Shown in pieces: positions 18,320-26,799 of a DNA stretch of 56,952 nucleotides. The notes under the pieces are model-generated. The model had not been told where the DNA came from. It did no database searches and worked only from the letters and a program-made list of their open reading frames with translations. Position 1 is the first letter of the stretch, and each line of letters begins with the position of its first letter. The DNA comes from an uncultured Acetobacteraceae bacterium (GTDB lineage: Bacteria > Pseudomonadota > Alphaproteobacteria > Acetobacterales > Acetobacteraceae): contig CAXUNK010000002.1 in the NCBI GenBank assembly GCA_964252425.1, forward strand, positions 1 through 56,952, read 5' to 3'. The translations under genes and the position numbers were made by a program.

Positions 18320-19078
18320 TCAGTGCAAGTGAACCGCGTCGTGCAGGTAGATGCAGGTCAGGATCGCGAACACATATGCCTGCAGCGCAGCCACAAGCAG
18401 CTCGAAACCCATCAGCACCACATTGACTGCCAGCGGACCGACCGCGCCGATGGCGCCGATGACCGACGCGCTGCCCAGCATGACGACGAAACTGGCGAAC
18501 ACCGCGAACATCACGTGGCCCGCGACCATATTGGCGAACAGGCGGATCGACAGGCTGACAGGACGCGACAGGTAGGAGATGATCTCGATCGGCACGATCA
18601 ACGGTGCCAGGAACACCGGCGCGCCAGACGGGAAGAAGTACGTGAAGAAGTGCAGCCCGTGCTGCACCAGAGCCACGATCGTGACCAGGACGATCACCAG
18701 CAGCGCCAGCCCCAAGGTCACCGCGATATGGCTTGTATAGGTGAACGAGAAGGGGAACAGCCCAAGCATGTTGCCCATCAGCACGAAGAAGAACAGCGTG
18801 AAGATGAACGGGAAGAAGCGCGCGCCCTCCGGCCCGATCTGGTCGATGGCCATGCTGCGCGGAAAACTATAGGCCAGCTCGGCCGCCGCTTGCAGGCGCC
18901 CGGGCACCACGGCGCGCGGACGAGACCCGAAATAGAGAAGGGCGAGCACCAGGGCGCAGCCAACCAGCATCAGCAGGTTCGCCTGCGAAAACCCGACGGC
19001 GGCACCCAGCGCGCCAACCGGCTCAAGCCGGAACTGGCTCAGCGCATCGATCGCCTGTCCGGAGTGTTCCGTAGCCAC
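18320..19078 (-). CDS. atpB: ATP synthase F0 subunit a
   Basis: PGRLQ, RPVSLSIRLFANMVAGH, LQAYVFAIL..IYL. Confidence 0.97.
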   Translation of the reverse strand: MATEHSGQAIDALSQFRLEPVGALGAAVGFSQANLLMLVGCALVLALLYFGSRPRAVVPGRLQAAAELAYSFPRSMAIDQIGPEGARFFPFIFTLFFFVLMGNMLGLFPFSFTYTSHIAVTLGLALLVIVLVTIVALVQHGLHFFTYFFPSGAPVFLAPLIVPIEIISYLSRPVSLSIRLFANMVAGHVMFAVFASFVVMLGSASVIGAIGAVGPLAVNVVLMGFELLVAALQAYVFAILTCIYLHDAVHLH

Positions 19079-19103
19079 TTAAAAACGATCCCCTCGTCCA
19101 AAC

Positions 19104-19415
19104 TCACCGCTTCCGCGCGGGTCCAACCTGGCGCCACACGTTCAGCACGCCCGCCGCGCCCCCGAGAACCAGGAAGAGAACCAGAAACAATGGCAGCGTA
19201 TGCAGCCAATGATCCAGCGCCCAACCGATGGCGACGGCCACCGCCAGGGCGGATACCAGCTCCACCCCGACACGCAGTCCCATCCCAAGCGCCGATTGCT
19301 CGCGACCATCCAGGCCGGTATCGGCACCGGGCCGGGTATCCATCCCCTGCCGGCCGCGCGCGGCACGCAACCGATCCTCAAAGGACAAGCCGGCGCCGCC
19401 ATTCTCATCGCTCAT
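19104..19415 (-). CDS. atpI: ATP synthase protein I (AtpZ/AtpI)
   Basis: R.GVELVSA..V...IGWALD.W, LGGAAGVLNV.R; first gene of the F0 operon. Confidence 0.9.
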   Translation of the reverse strand: MSDENGGAGLSFEDRLRAARGRQGMDTRPGADTGLDGREQSALGMGLRVGVELVSALAVAVAIGWALDHWLHTLPLFLVLFLVLGGAAGVLNVWRQVGPARKR

Positions 19416-19561
19416 GACCGCTCCCGACGCGTTATGGCCCCGGTCCCGGCGAGCCACGGCTTGCTAGATGCGGGCATTCCGGGTGTCAAGGCGAGCGCAA
19501 GCGCTTGACGCTGCGCGCGATGCACGGCCAGAACGCCCAGCTTTCGGGAGCTGGCCTGACA

Positions 19562-20788
19562 ATGCGGCGGGGGCACGTCGATGCCGTGACGAGAGACGGT
19601 GTGTCGGGCTGGGCCGCCGACGACGCCGATCCTCATGCCCGGCTGAAGCTCTGCGTCAGGGTCGATGGACAGGAGGTGGCGAACACAGTCGCTGACGGAC
19701 CGCGCCGGGACCTTGCGGCGCTGGGCCGGTATGGCGATGGGGCGCACGGCTTCTCGCTAAGGTTTACCAAGTCGCTGACGGCGGATGCCGACCACCGCGT
19801 CAGCGTCCATTTTGCCGATGATGCCTTGCCGCTGCCCAATGGGGACCGTCAGGTGCTGCGCGACGTGACAGGCAGCGCCCAACCCGCGCCGGATACCGGC
19901 CCGCCCGAAGCGCCGTCCCATGACGAGGGGCCGAATCCGATCCTGGTCACCGCTCCCGGACGGTCGGGCACCACGTACCTGATGAGCTGCTTGGCCGCCT
20001 CGCCCCAGATCGTGGTCGCCGAACTGATCCCCTACGAGGTCCGGCTGCTCTCCTACTATGCTGCCGCTTATGGGGTGCTGACCGCGCCGGCCAACCTGGA
20101 ACGCTCCACCCATCCGGACCGTCTGGAAGGCGACGGGTATCACGTCGGCTCGAATCCCTTCACGGCGCCGCAATATGCCCACGCTTTCAACGGCCGTGCG
20201 GGACTGGACGAGCTGTACGGCATATGGGCGCCGGCTCGCCTTGGCGCCGCTATGGCCGACATCGTGCGCGAGTACTACCGCCGCCTGGCGCTCGATCGCG
20301 GCAAGGGCGCAGTTCCGTTCTTTGCCGAGAAAAACAACAACCTGCACCGTCCGAGCCGGATGTTCGTGCGACGCGTGTTCGCGACGATGCGCGAGGTGGT
20401 GATCGTACGTGATCCGCGCGACGTGTTGTGCTCGCATCTCGCCTATTTCGGATCGAGCGAGGATAAGGCTTTCGCACAGCTGAGCCATAGCTGCCGACAA
20501 TTGACCCCACTCGCCGACACGGCCGGCGGCGCCCTCCACATCCTGCGCTACGAGGACATGATCCGTGGCGAGGCGAAAATATTCGCTGACCTTTCGACGT
20601 TTCTCGGCGCGGAAGTCGCGCCGATCGCTTCCCGCTCGAGCGAGAAGATATTCGCGCAGCACGGGACCAGCACGTCTCCCGAGACCTCGATTGGCCGCTG
20701 GCGGCACGACCTGCCGGACACGGCCAAAGCCCGCGCGGCGCAGGACTGGGGTGGATTTCTGCAACGCTTCGGCTACGACAGACGCTGA
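19562..20788 (+). CDS. Sulfotransferase-family protein with an N-terminal beta-rich accessory domain
   Basis: PAPS 5'-loop APGRSGTTYL, FAEK, 3'-motif IVRDPRDV..S, LRYED, SIGRW; N-terminal GHVD..VSGWA..VDG..R.DL..GDGAHGF module. Confidence 0.85.
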   Translation: MRRGHVDAVTRDGVSGWAADDADPHARLKLCVRVDGQEVANTVADGPRRDLAALGRYGDGAHGFSLRFTKSLTADADHRVSVHFADDALPLPNGDRQVLRDVTGSAQPAPDTGPPEAPSHDEGPNPILVTAPGRSGTTYLMSCLAASPQIVVAELIPYEVRLLSYYAAAYGVLTAPANLERSTHPDRLEGDGYHVGSNPFTAPQYAHAFNGRAGLDELYGIWAPARLGAAMADIVREYYRRLALDRGKGAVPFFAEKNNNLHRPSRMFVRRVFATMREVVIVRDPRDVLCSHLAYFGSSEDKAFAQLSHSCRQLTPLADTAGGALHILRYEDMIRGEAKIFADLSTFLGAEVAPIASRSSEKIFAQHGTSTSPETSIGRWRHDLPDTAKARAAQDWGGFLQRFGYDRR

Positions 20789-20896
20789 CCGCGCCACGCC
20801 GGTAACACGCTTGTCAACGCGGCCATGCTATCGGTCGCGCGCTTCGGTCTCCATAGCCGCGTTCTTTTGCCATCGCGGCAGTTTTGGAGAGACCTG

Positions 20897-22069
20897 ATGA
20901 AAGCACTGTGTTGGCACGGCAAGGGCGACATTCGCTGCGACAGCGTGCCTGACCCGAAAATCGAAGATGCGCGCGACGTCATCCTCAAGGTCTCCAGTTG
21001 TGCGATTTGCGGTTCGGACCTCCATCTGATGGACGGCCAGATGCCGACCATGGAATCGGGCGACGTGCTCGGTCACGAGTTCATGGGCGAGGTGGTCGAG
21101 GTCGGATCACCCAACCACAAGCTGAAAAAGGGCGACCGCATCGTGGTCCCCTTCAACATCAATTGCGGCGAGTGCCGCATGTGCAAGATGGGCAACTGGT
21201 CATGCTGCCTGAAGTCGAACCGGAATGGCGCGATGGCCGCCAAGATGTTCGGCCACCCGACGGCAGGCCTGTTCGGCTACTCGCATCTGACCGGCGGCTA
21301 CTGGGGTGGACAGGCGGAATACGTGCGCGTGCCGATGGCCGACGTGGCGCCGATGAAGGTCCCGGAGGGCATGACCGACGAGCAGGCCCTGTTCCTCAGC
21401 GACATCCTGCCCACCGGCTGGCAAGGCGCCGAACATTGCGACATCCAGGGCGGCGATACGGTGGCCATCTGGGGCGCGGGTCCGGTCGGCCTGTTCGCCA
21501 TACGCTCCGCAATTGTCATGGGCGCCGAAAAGGTCGTCGCCATCGAGACGATACCAGAACGGATTGCTTTGGCGAAGAAAGCGGGCGCCACGCACGTCAT
21601 CGATTTCGCCAAGGAGGATGTACTTGAGCGTTTGAACGACATCACCAACGGCGACGGCCCTGACTCGGTGATGGATTGCGTCGGCATGGAAGCCGAGGGC
21701 ACGCACGGCCTGATGGGCGTGATCAGCGCAGTGCAGGAAAAGCTGACCAGCATGCAGCGCCCCTACGCGCTGGAGCAGATGATCACCGCCGTCCGTCCGT
21801 CTGGTACCGTCTCCGTCCCTGGCGTGTATTCAGGCCCGATCCCGGTCAACATGGCGACCGTGGTGCAGAAGGGCCTCACGATCAAAAGCGGCCAGACTCA
21901 CGTCAAGCGATACCTCGAGCCGCTGGCCAAGCTTATCCAGGAAGGCACAATCGACCCCACCTTCCTCATCACGCATCGCAGCACCGACCTCGAGCAGGGT
22001 CCCGAGCTCTACAAGACGTTCAGGGACAAGAAGGATGAGTGCATAAAAGTCGTCTTCCACCTAAGCTGA
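20897..22069 (+). CDS. Zinc-dependent alcohol/formaldehyde dehydrogenase-like (MDR, YbdR type)
   Basis: ICGSDLH, GHEFMG, CGECRMC..C structural Zn site, LSDILPTG, GAGPVG; GGAGAG RBS. Confidence 0.93.
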   Translation: MKALCWHGKGDIRCDSVPDPKIEDARDVILKVSSCAICGSDLHLMDGQMPTMESGDVLGHEFMGEVVEVGSPNHKLKKGDRIVVPFNINCGECRMCKMGNWSCCLKSNRNGAMAAKMFGHPTAGLFGYSHLTGGYWGGQAEYVRVPMADVAPMKVPEGMTDEQALFLSDILPTGWQGAEHCDIQGGDTVAIWGAGPVGLFAIRSAIVMGAEKVVAIETIPERIALAKKAGATHVIDFAKEDVLERLNDITNGDGPDSVMDCVGMEAEGTHGLMGVISAVQEKLTSMQRPYALEQMITAVRPSGTVSVPGVYSGPIPVNMATVVQKGLTIKSGQTHVKRYLEPLAKLIQEGTIDPTFLITHRSTDLEQGPELYKTFRDKKDECIKVVFHLS

Positions 22070-22143
22070 GGGCGCGACTCCGCGGCGGCCAGGCCGGCGC
22101 GGAGTTCCACACCCGCAATGCCGAGGGCGAAGTCTGGACCTGG

Positions 22144-23241
22144 ATGCCGTATAGACGCCTGCTGACGACCGCCGCGCTTTGTGTCCTGACCGGCTGCCAG
22201 ACAGCGCCCGCGCCGCCCGACCCGACGGGGCGCGCCAACGCGGACATGCTTCGGGTACTTTCGGCGTATCAGGCGTCCGGCGCAAAACCCGTGCAAACTC
22301 TGACAGTGGCGCAAGCGCGCGCTCAGCCGAGCATCGAGGATGCGGCCGCGAGCGTCGCGCGGCAGGAAGTCAGGCCCACCCAGCCGCATGTTGCCCGCAT
22401 ATACGACATTGAGGTGCAGGGGGCCGTGGGGCCACTGGCGGCCAGGGTGTACGATCCGCAGACCACACGCGGGCCGGCGCCGGTCATCCTGTTTTTCCAT
22501 GGCGGCGGCTGGGTGCTGGGTAACCTCGATTCGGAGGACGCGACAGACCGTGTGCTTGCCAACAGCACCGGTGCCATCGTCGTCTCGGTCGCCTATCGTC
22601 TGGCGCCGGAAGCGCGCTTTCCGGCCGCACAGGACGACGCGGCGGCTTCGTACAAATGGCTCCTGCAAAATGCGGCCAGCATCGGGGGAAATTCACGCGC
22701 GCTGGCCTTGGCGGGGGAGAGCGCAGGCGGCAATCTCGCCATCGACACCGCGGCATTCGCGCGCGATACCCGTTTGCGCGCACCGATACACGAGTTGCTG
22801 ATCTATCCGGTGGTCGGCACCGACCTGCACACGCCGTCCTACGAGCAGAATGCCGCCGCCGTGCCCCTTAGCCGCGCAGCCATGGAATGGTTTTTTGCGC
22901 AGACGACAAACGGGCCGGACGATCTGCACGATCCAAGGCTGAACGTGGTCGGCGCCGCAAACCTGCGCGGCCTGCCCCCCACCACCATCGTGTCGGCCGA
23001 TATCGACCCGCTTCGTTCGGAGAATGTCGCGCTGTCGCAAAAACTCAAAGCGTCCGGCGTGGACGCTCAGCAACGGACATTCCGCGGCGTGACGCACGAG
23101 TTCTTCAGCATGGGCGCGGTCGTCCCACAGGCGAGGGAGGCGGAGACGTTTGCCGCCGGCCGCTTGCTCACATCATTTTCCCAGGCTCCTTCCGCTCCCG
23201 CTCCGGCGCACCATCGCAGGCGCGCGCGTCGCTCGGCCTGA
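22144..23241 (+). CDS. Secreted HSL-family esterase/lipase lipoprotein
   Basis: LTGC lipobox, FHGGGW, GESAGG, DPLRSE, HEFF. Confidence 0.9.
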   Translation: MPYRRLLTTAALCVLTGCQTAPAPPDPTGRANADMLRVLSAYQASGAKPVQTLTVAQARAQPSIEDAAASVARQEVRPTQPHVARIYDIEVQGAVGPLAARVYDPQTTRGPAPVILFFHGGGWVLGNLDSEDATDRVLANSTGAIVVSVAYRLAPEARFPAAQDDAAASYKWLLQNAASIGGNSRALALAGESAGGNLAIDTAAFARDTRLRAPIHELLIYPVVGTDLHTPSYEQNAAAVPLSRAAMEWFFAQTTNGPDDLHDPRLNVVGAANLRGLPPTTIVSADIDPLRSENVALSQKLKASGVDAQQRTFRGVTHEFFSMGAVVPQAREAETFAAGRLLTSFSQAPSAPAPAHHRRRARRSA

Positions 23242-23260
23242 CGGTTTCGGGCCGACGCAG

Positions 23261-24751
23261 CTATCCGCGCCGCGCAGCCTCGAACAGCCGGGCGCCGAGC
23301 GCCACGAGGCCGCGCGCCGCATCCAGAGCTTCGTCCTGCCTGACAAGCCTGATCTCCTCATCATGCCTCGGCAGGGCGGCTTTCGCTCGTCTGCCCCAAT
23401 GACCGGACCGCAGTGGCATAGCGCGCGCGTGTGTCCGCAAATCCGCCGATGAAGCCGTCCGGCGTTTGCGCATCGAGGCACGCGTCAGCAGCGCCGCAGC
23501 GACCACCACTCCAAGCACCGCCACACCACCGGCACCTGCCACAAGCTGGCGCGCGAACGGACTGAGCGGCTGGCCGCGCCCACCCGGCCGCGCGTCCGGC
23601 GTGCCGGGCCGGCGTCCCTCCCGTCCGGGTGTCGTGCCAAAGGCCTGCGCCGGCTCATCCGACAATGCCACCCGATCGGCCGGATGGCTGATCGGGCAGC
23701 CATTGGCCCGGGCGCGAAACGCCGCCGACTGGACGTAGGTGTCGCGACGCGCGCGGTTGATCGACCCCAGCGGCTCATGCGCCGCGAGACAGTTCCAAGG
23801 GCTGAACGCCAGCGCGTCATCCACCTGGCGCGCCCTCGCCTCGCTCCACGCCGGCTGACGCGGCACGCTCACCCGGGCCACCGCCGCGTAGGGGCTTCTG
23901 GCTTCCGACCAAACGACCGCCGCGTTCTCCAGCGGCATGGTCGCATCATCGGTGCGCAACTGGACGCGCAACTCCCACTCGGCGTCGTGCTGCTGAAAAT
24001 ACTCGATGACGCTTTCGCGCAACCCATTGGGTTTCCCGGTCAGGTCCATGGCCGCGCCGCGGAGGGCGGTGAGCGATGGCGCGACCGGAACCAGTGCGAA
24101 CCGTGCGACATGGGCACCATAGCGGAACGGGGTTTGTGCGTAGAACACCTCCCCAAGCGGATGCGTCAGCGGCTGTCCGCCCAACGCCTTCAACATGCCG
24201 GCTTCGACACCCAACGCCTCGAGCGTCCTCACCGCGCCGCGAAGCATGGCCGACAGCGCACGCTTCCAGCCCTGTCCCGTATCTGTGGTGGCGGCAAGGA
24301 GTTTCACGCTGCCGGCGAACGCACCCGCATCGGGTGCTACGAAGGCAGGGCTGTTCGCCATGACGAAATCCTGCGACGTGCCGTCGTCACCCGGCAGCCG
24401 CTCGCCTGTTGCGCCGAGCACTTTCAGCGCCATGCCCCGCGGCGTGGACACCATGTCGTCCAGTATGTCGCCCGGGTTGGTTGAGATGCGCATGACCACC
24501 GGATAGGTGCGGACGTCTGCAAACAAGCCTTGCGCCAGCTTTTTAGGCAGGCCAGGCAAAACCCGCATTTGGCCCTCGAGCAATCCATGACTTTTGGCGT
24601 GCACGCTGCGGGTGGCCCAGCCGTAGTCCGACAGAGTCGTGCGCTGTATGCGCGCCAGCGACTCACTGATCAGGTCATGGGCGCCGCGTTCGTCGGCGGG
24701 CCGTGGGTCGGGCGCGTAGGGCAGGGGTTTGGCGGCGCGCGGGCTCTTCAT
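23261..24751 (-). CDS. Catalase-family (catalase-related) heme protein with C-terminal extension
   Basis: RSVHAKSHG (distal His), R.S, PRGMALKV, QDFVMAN, FSPW..L.AH.PLGSINRAR..Y (proximal Tyr). Confidence 0.88.
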   Translation of the reverse strand: MKSPRAAKPLPYAPDPRPADERGAHDLISESLARIQRTTLSDYGWATRSVHAKSHGLLEGQMRVLPGLPKKLAQGLFADVRTYPVVMRISTNPGDILDDMVSTPRGMALKVLGATGERLPGDDGTSQDFVMANSPAFVAPDAGAFAGSVKLLAATTDTGQGWKRALSAMLRGAVRTLEALGVEAGMLKALGGQPLTHPLGEVFYAQTPFRYGAHVARFALVPVAPSLTALRGAAMDLTGKPNGLRESVIEYFQQHDAEWELRVQLRTDDATMPLENAAVVWSEARSPYAAVARVSVPRQPAWSEARARQVDDALAFSPWNCLAAHEPLGSINRARRDTYVQSAAFRARANGCPISHPADRVALSDEPAQAFGTTPGREGRRPGTPDARPGGRGQPLSPFARQLVAGAGGVAVLGVVVAAALLTRASMRKRRTASSADLRTHARAMPLRSGHWGRRAKAALPRHDEEIRLVRQDEALDAARGLVALGARLFEAARRG

Positions 24752-24791
24752 CACAGGCTCCGAAAGATGGCGGCGGAATCGGCAGGCACTT

Positions 24792-24814
24792 AACTCCCCA
24801 GACCACGAAGCGTT
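24792..24814. promoter_or_regulatory. EcfG/SigT-type general-stress promoter motif, readable on both strands
   Basis: AAC-N16-CGTT on + and AAC-N16-AGTT on -, between the divergent catalase and DUF2171 genes. Confidence 0.5.
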
Positions 24815-24880
24815 GACATGCCTGCGCGCAGCCCCGCGCCGGCCATCGGCGTTGCCGATACAACTCTGGAAGGACCAGCC

Positions 24881-25111
24881 ATGATCGATACGGCCTCTAT
24901 CAAGGAACACGCTCCCGTCATCGGCGCGGACGGCGTGCATGTCGGCACCGTCGACCACGTCCAGGGTGATCGCATCAAGCTCACCAAGAACGACTCGGGC
25001 GATGGCCGTCACCATTTCATTTCGACCGGACTGGTCGCCGAGATCGAGGACGGGACAATTCGCCTCTCAGCCAATGCGGACGTGGCCGTGACCATGGAGG
25101 AGGATGAGTGA
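24881..25111 (+). CDS. DUF2171 protein
   Basis: IKEH..VIGADGVHVGTVDHV.GDRIKLTK.D...HHFI signature; AAGGA RBS. Confidence 0.93.
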   Translation: MIDTASIKEHAPVIGADGVHVGTVDHVQGDRIKLTKNDSGDGRHHFISTGLVAEIEDGTIRLSANADVAVTMEEDE

Positions 25112-25545
25112 TGACAGCCACAACACCCGCGCGCGCCGCCGAGCGTGCCCGCGCGCTGGCCGAGACAGCCCGCACCGCGGCGAAGCGCATGCCAGGGCGC
25201 TCACAGACGCTCGGTCTGGCACGTTTCCTCGGCTGGTTCTCAATAGGGTTGGGCGCGATCGAACTCACCTCTGCGCGCAGCCTCGCCCGAGCGCTGGGCT
25301 TGCGCGGGTCCGAGGACGTGCTGCGCCTTTTCGGATTGCGCGAGGTCGGCACCGGGGTGCTGATCCTGACGTCCGACGATCCAACCCCCTGGATTTGGGG
25401 CCGGGTCGCCGGCGACGTCCTGGACATCGGCACCGCGCTGGGTGGGGTGCGCCGCAATCCGGAGGGGGCAGGTGCCGGCCTCTTCGCGTTATTGGGGGCC
25501 ACGGCGCTCGACCTGCTGTGCGCCCGCCGGCTCAGCGCCCGCTGA
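25111..25545 (+). CDS. Hypothetical membrane protein (often annotated cyclase/dehydrase-associated)
   Basis: TGATG coupling to DUF2171; LAR.LGWFSIGLG..EL, G.RE...G, WGRVAGD.LD motifs. Confidence 0.8.
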   Translation: MTATTPARAAERARALAETARTAAKRMPGRSQTLGLARFLGWFSIGLGAIELTSARSLARALGLRGSEDVLRLFGLREVGTGVLILTSDDPTPWIWGRVAGDVLDIGTALGGVRRNPEGAGAGLFALLGATALDLLCARRLSAR

Positions 25546-25635
25546 CACATGGCGCGTGCCACTGGGTAGCGCCTACGGGCAATATGGCCGATACCCCTGT
25601 CTTGAGCATCACGCGCAGCAAGGGGTAAGTCGACG

Positions 25636-26079
25636 ATGGACGACGCGATTACGAGGGATCGCGACATCGCTGCCCTGATTGCCGATGAGGACGACGCCTG
25701 GAGCCGGAGCGACGCGGTTGGCTTTTCGGCCAGAGTCCTGCCCGATGTCGTCTTCACCAACGTGCTTGGTATGTTTTCCGTAGGCAGGGCGCCGTTCCTG
25801 GCCCAACACGAACGTATCTTCGCCACCATCTATCACGGCAGCACGCTCAAGCAGACGATCCGGCACGTGACCATGCTGAAGCCGGACATCGCGATCGTTG
25901 ACACAGTCTCGGTGGTGACCGGCGCCAAGGCTACTCCGCCCGGCATCGAACTGATCGGCGGCGCCATCCGCACCTGCCTGGAACAGGTGCTGGTGCGACA
26001 GGAGGACGGTTGGTGGATTGCATCATTCCACAATGTCGCACTCAACCCTGCGGTCAACTCGGCCCCACCCTCCCGCTAG
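25636..26079 (+). CDS. SgcJ/EcaC (DUF4440, SnoaL-like) protein
   Basis: DAW...DA..F...D..FTN..G....GR....H..IF.T.Y.GS; W.I.SFHN. Confidence 0.85.
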   Translation: MDDAITRDRDIAALIADEDDAWSRSDAVGFSARVLPDVVFTNVLGMFSVGRAPFLAQHERIFATIYHGSTLKQTIRHVTMLKPDIAIVDTVSVVTGAKATPPGIELIGGAIRTCLEQVLVRQEDGWWIASFHNVALNPAVNSAPPSR

Positions 26080-26149
26080 CGCTGCTTGCCAGCACCAAGG
26101 GTGTAGCGGGCGGGATGACACGGTCGGCATGAGGTCGCTCTGATATCTG

Positions 26150-26713
26150 CTAGATGGCCGCCAAAACCGGGTCCACCAAACCCAGAATAGCCAGTACTCC
26201 GCCCGCTACGCCCAGCAGCGCGCCGCCCCAGACCAGCAGGACAGACCCCGTGATCACGGAGGCGGTCGTGAGCACGATGCCAAGCTGCAACGCGGCCGCC
26301 GCGTTGTCGAATGCTTCCAGGCGCAGATGCGCACGGTCCCGCTCCGCCTCCAACTCTCGGGCGTGGTCGGCCAGCGCGTTCTTGCCGGTTTTCGCGTCGT
26401 TCTCAAAATGGTCGATCTTCTGGGCGAACTTCCGGGCGAGCGCATCGTGCGCCACCGGATCGTTGGACGGTATGGCCGCCGCGATATCCGCCAGGTCGCG
26501 ATCCTCATTGGCCCGCGTGGATTTCGCCTGGTATTCCGCCCATACATCGGTGGCGGCAACCGCGCTTTCGGTCATGCGCGTGTCGGCGTGTTGTGCGCCC
26601 TGCTCGCAAAAGGCGAGACCGGCGGCCAGCACGGCAATCAACAGCGCGGTTTGGCGCCGCCCTTCATGGGCTGCGTGTTCCGCGTGCTCGTGCGTCTCGA
26701 CCGTCTCGCTCAT
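26150..26713 (-). CDS. DUF4337 membrane protein
   Basis: His-rich N-terminus (HEHAEHAAH), ALLIAVLAA, D.WAEYQAKS, LQLGIVL..ASVIT. Confidence 0.88.
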   Translation of the reverse strand: MSETVETHEHAEHAAHEGRRQTALLIAVLAAGLAFCEQGAQHADTRMTESAVAATDVWAEYQAKSTRANEDRDLADIAAAIPSNDPVAHDALARKFAQKIDHFENDAKTGKNALADHARELEAERDRAHLRLEAFDNAAAALQLGIVLTTASVITGSVLLVWGGALLGVAGGVLAILGLVDPVLAAI

Positions 26714-26799
26714 CGATGCCCTCAAGCCCGGCTGTGACTTCCGCCGGGTTGCCGGCCGTCCTATCTGACTGAAAACCGCGCCACCAGAGGATTTTTGCT

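Noticed and set aside
16865-19415. F0 operon without F1 genes as an unusual or Na+-type ATPase
   Set aside because: Split F0/F1 operons are normal in alphaproteobacteria and subunit c lacks the Na+-binding signature
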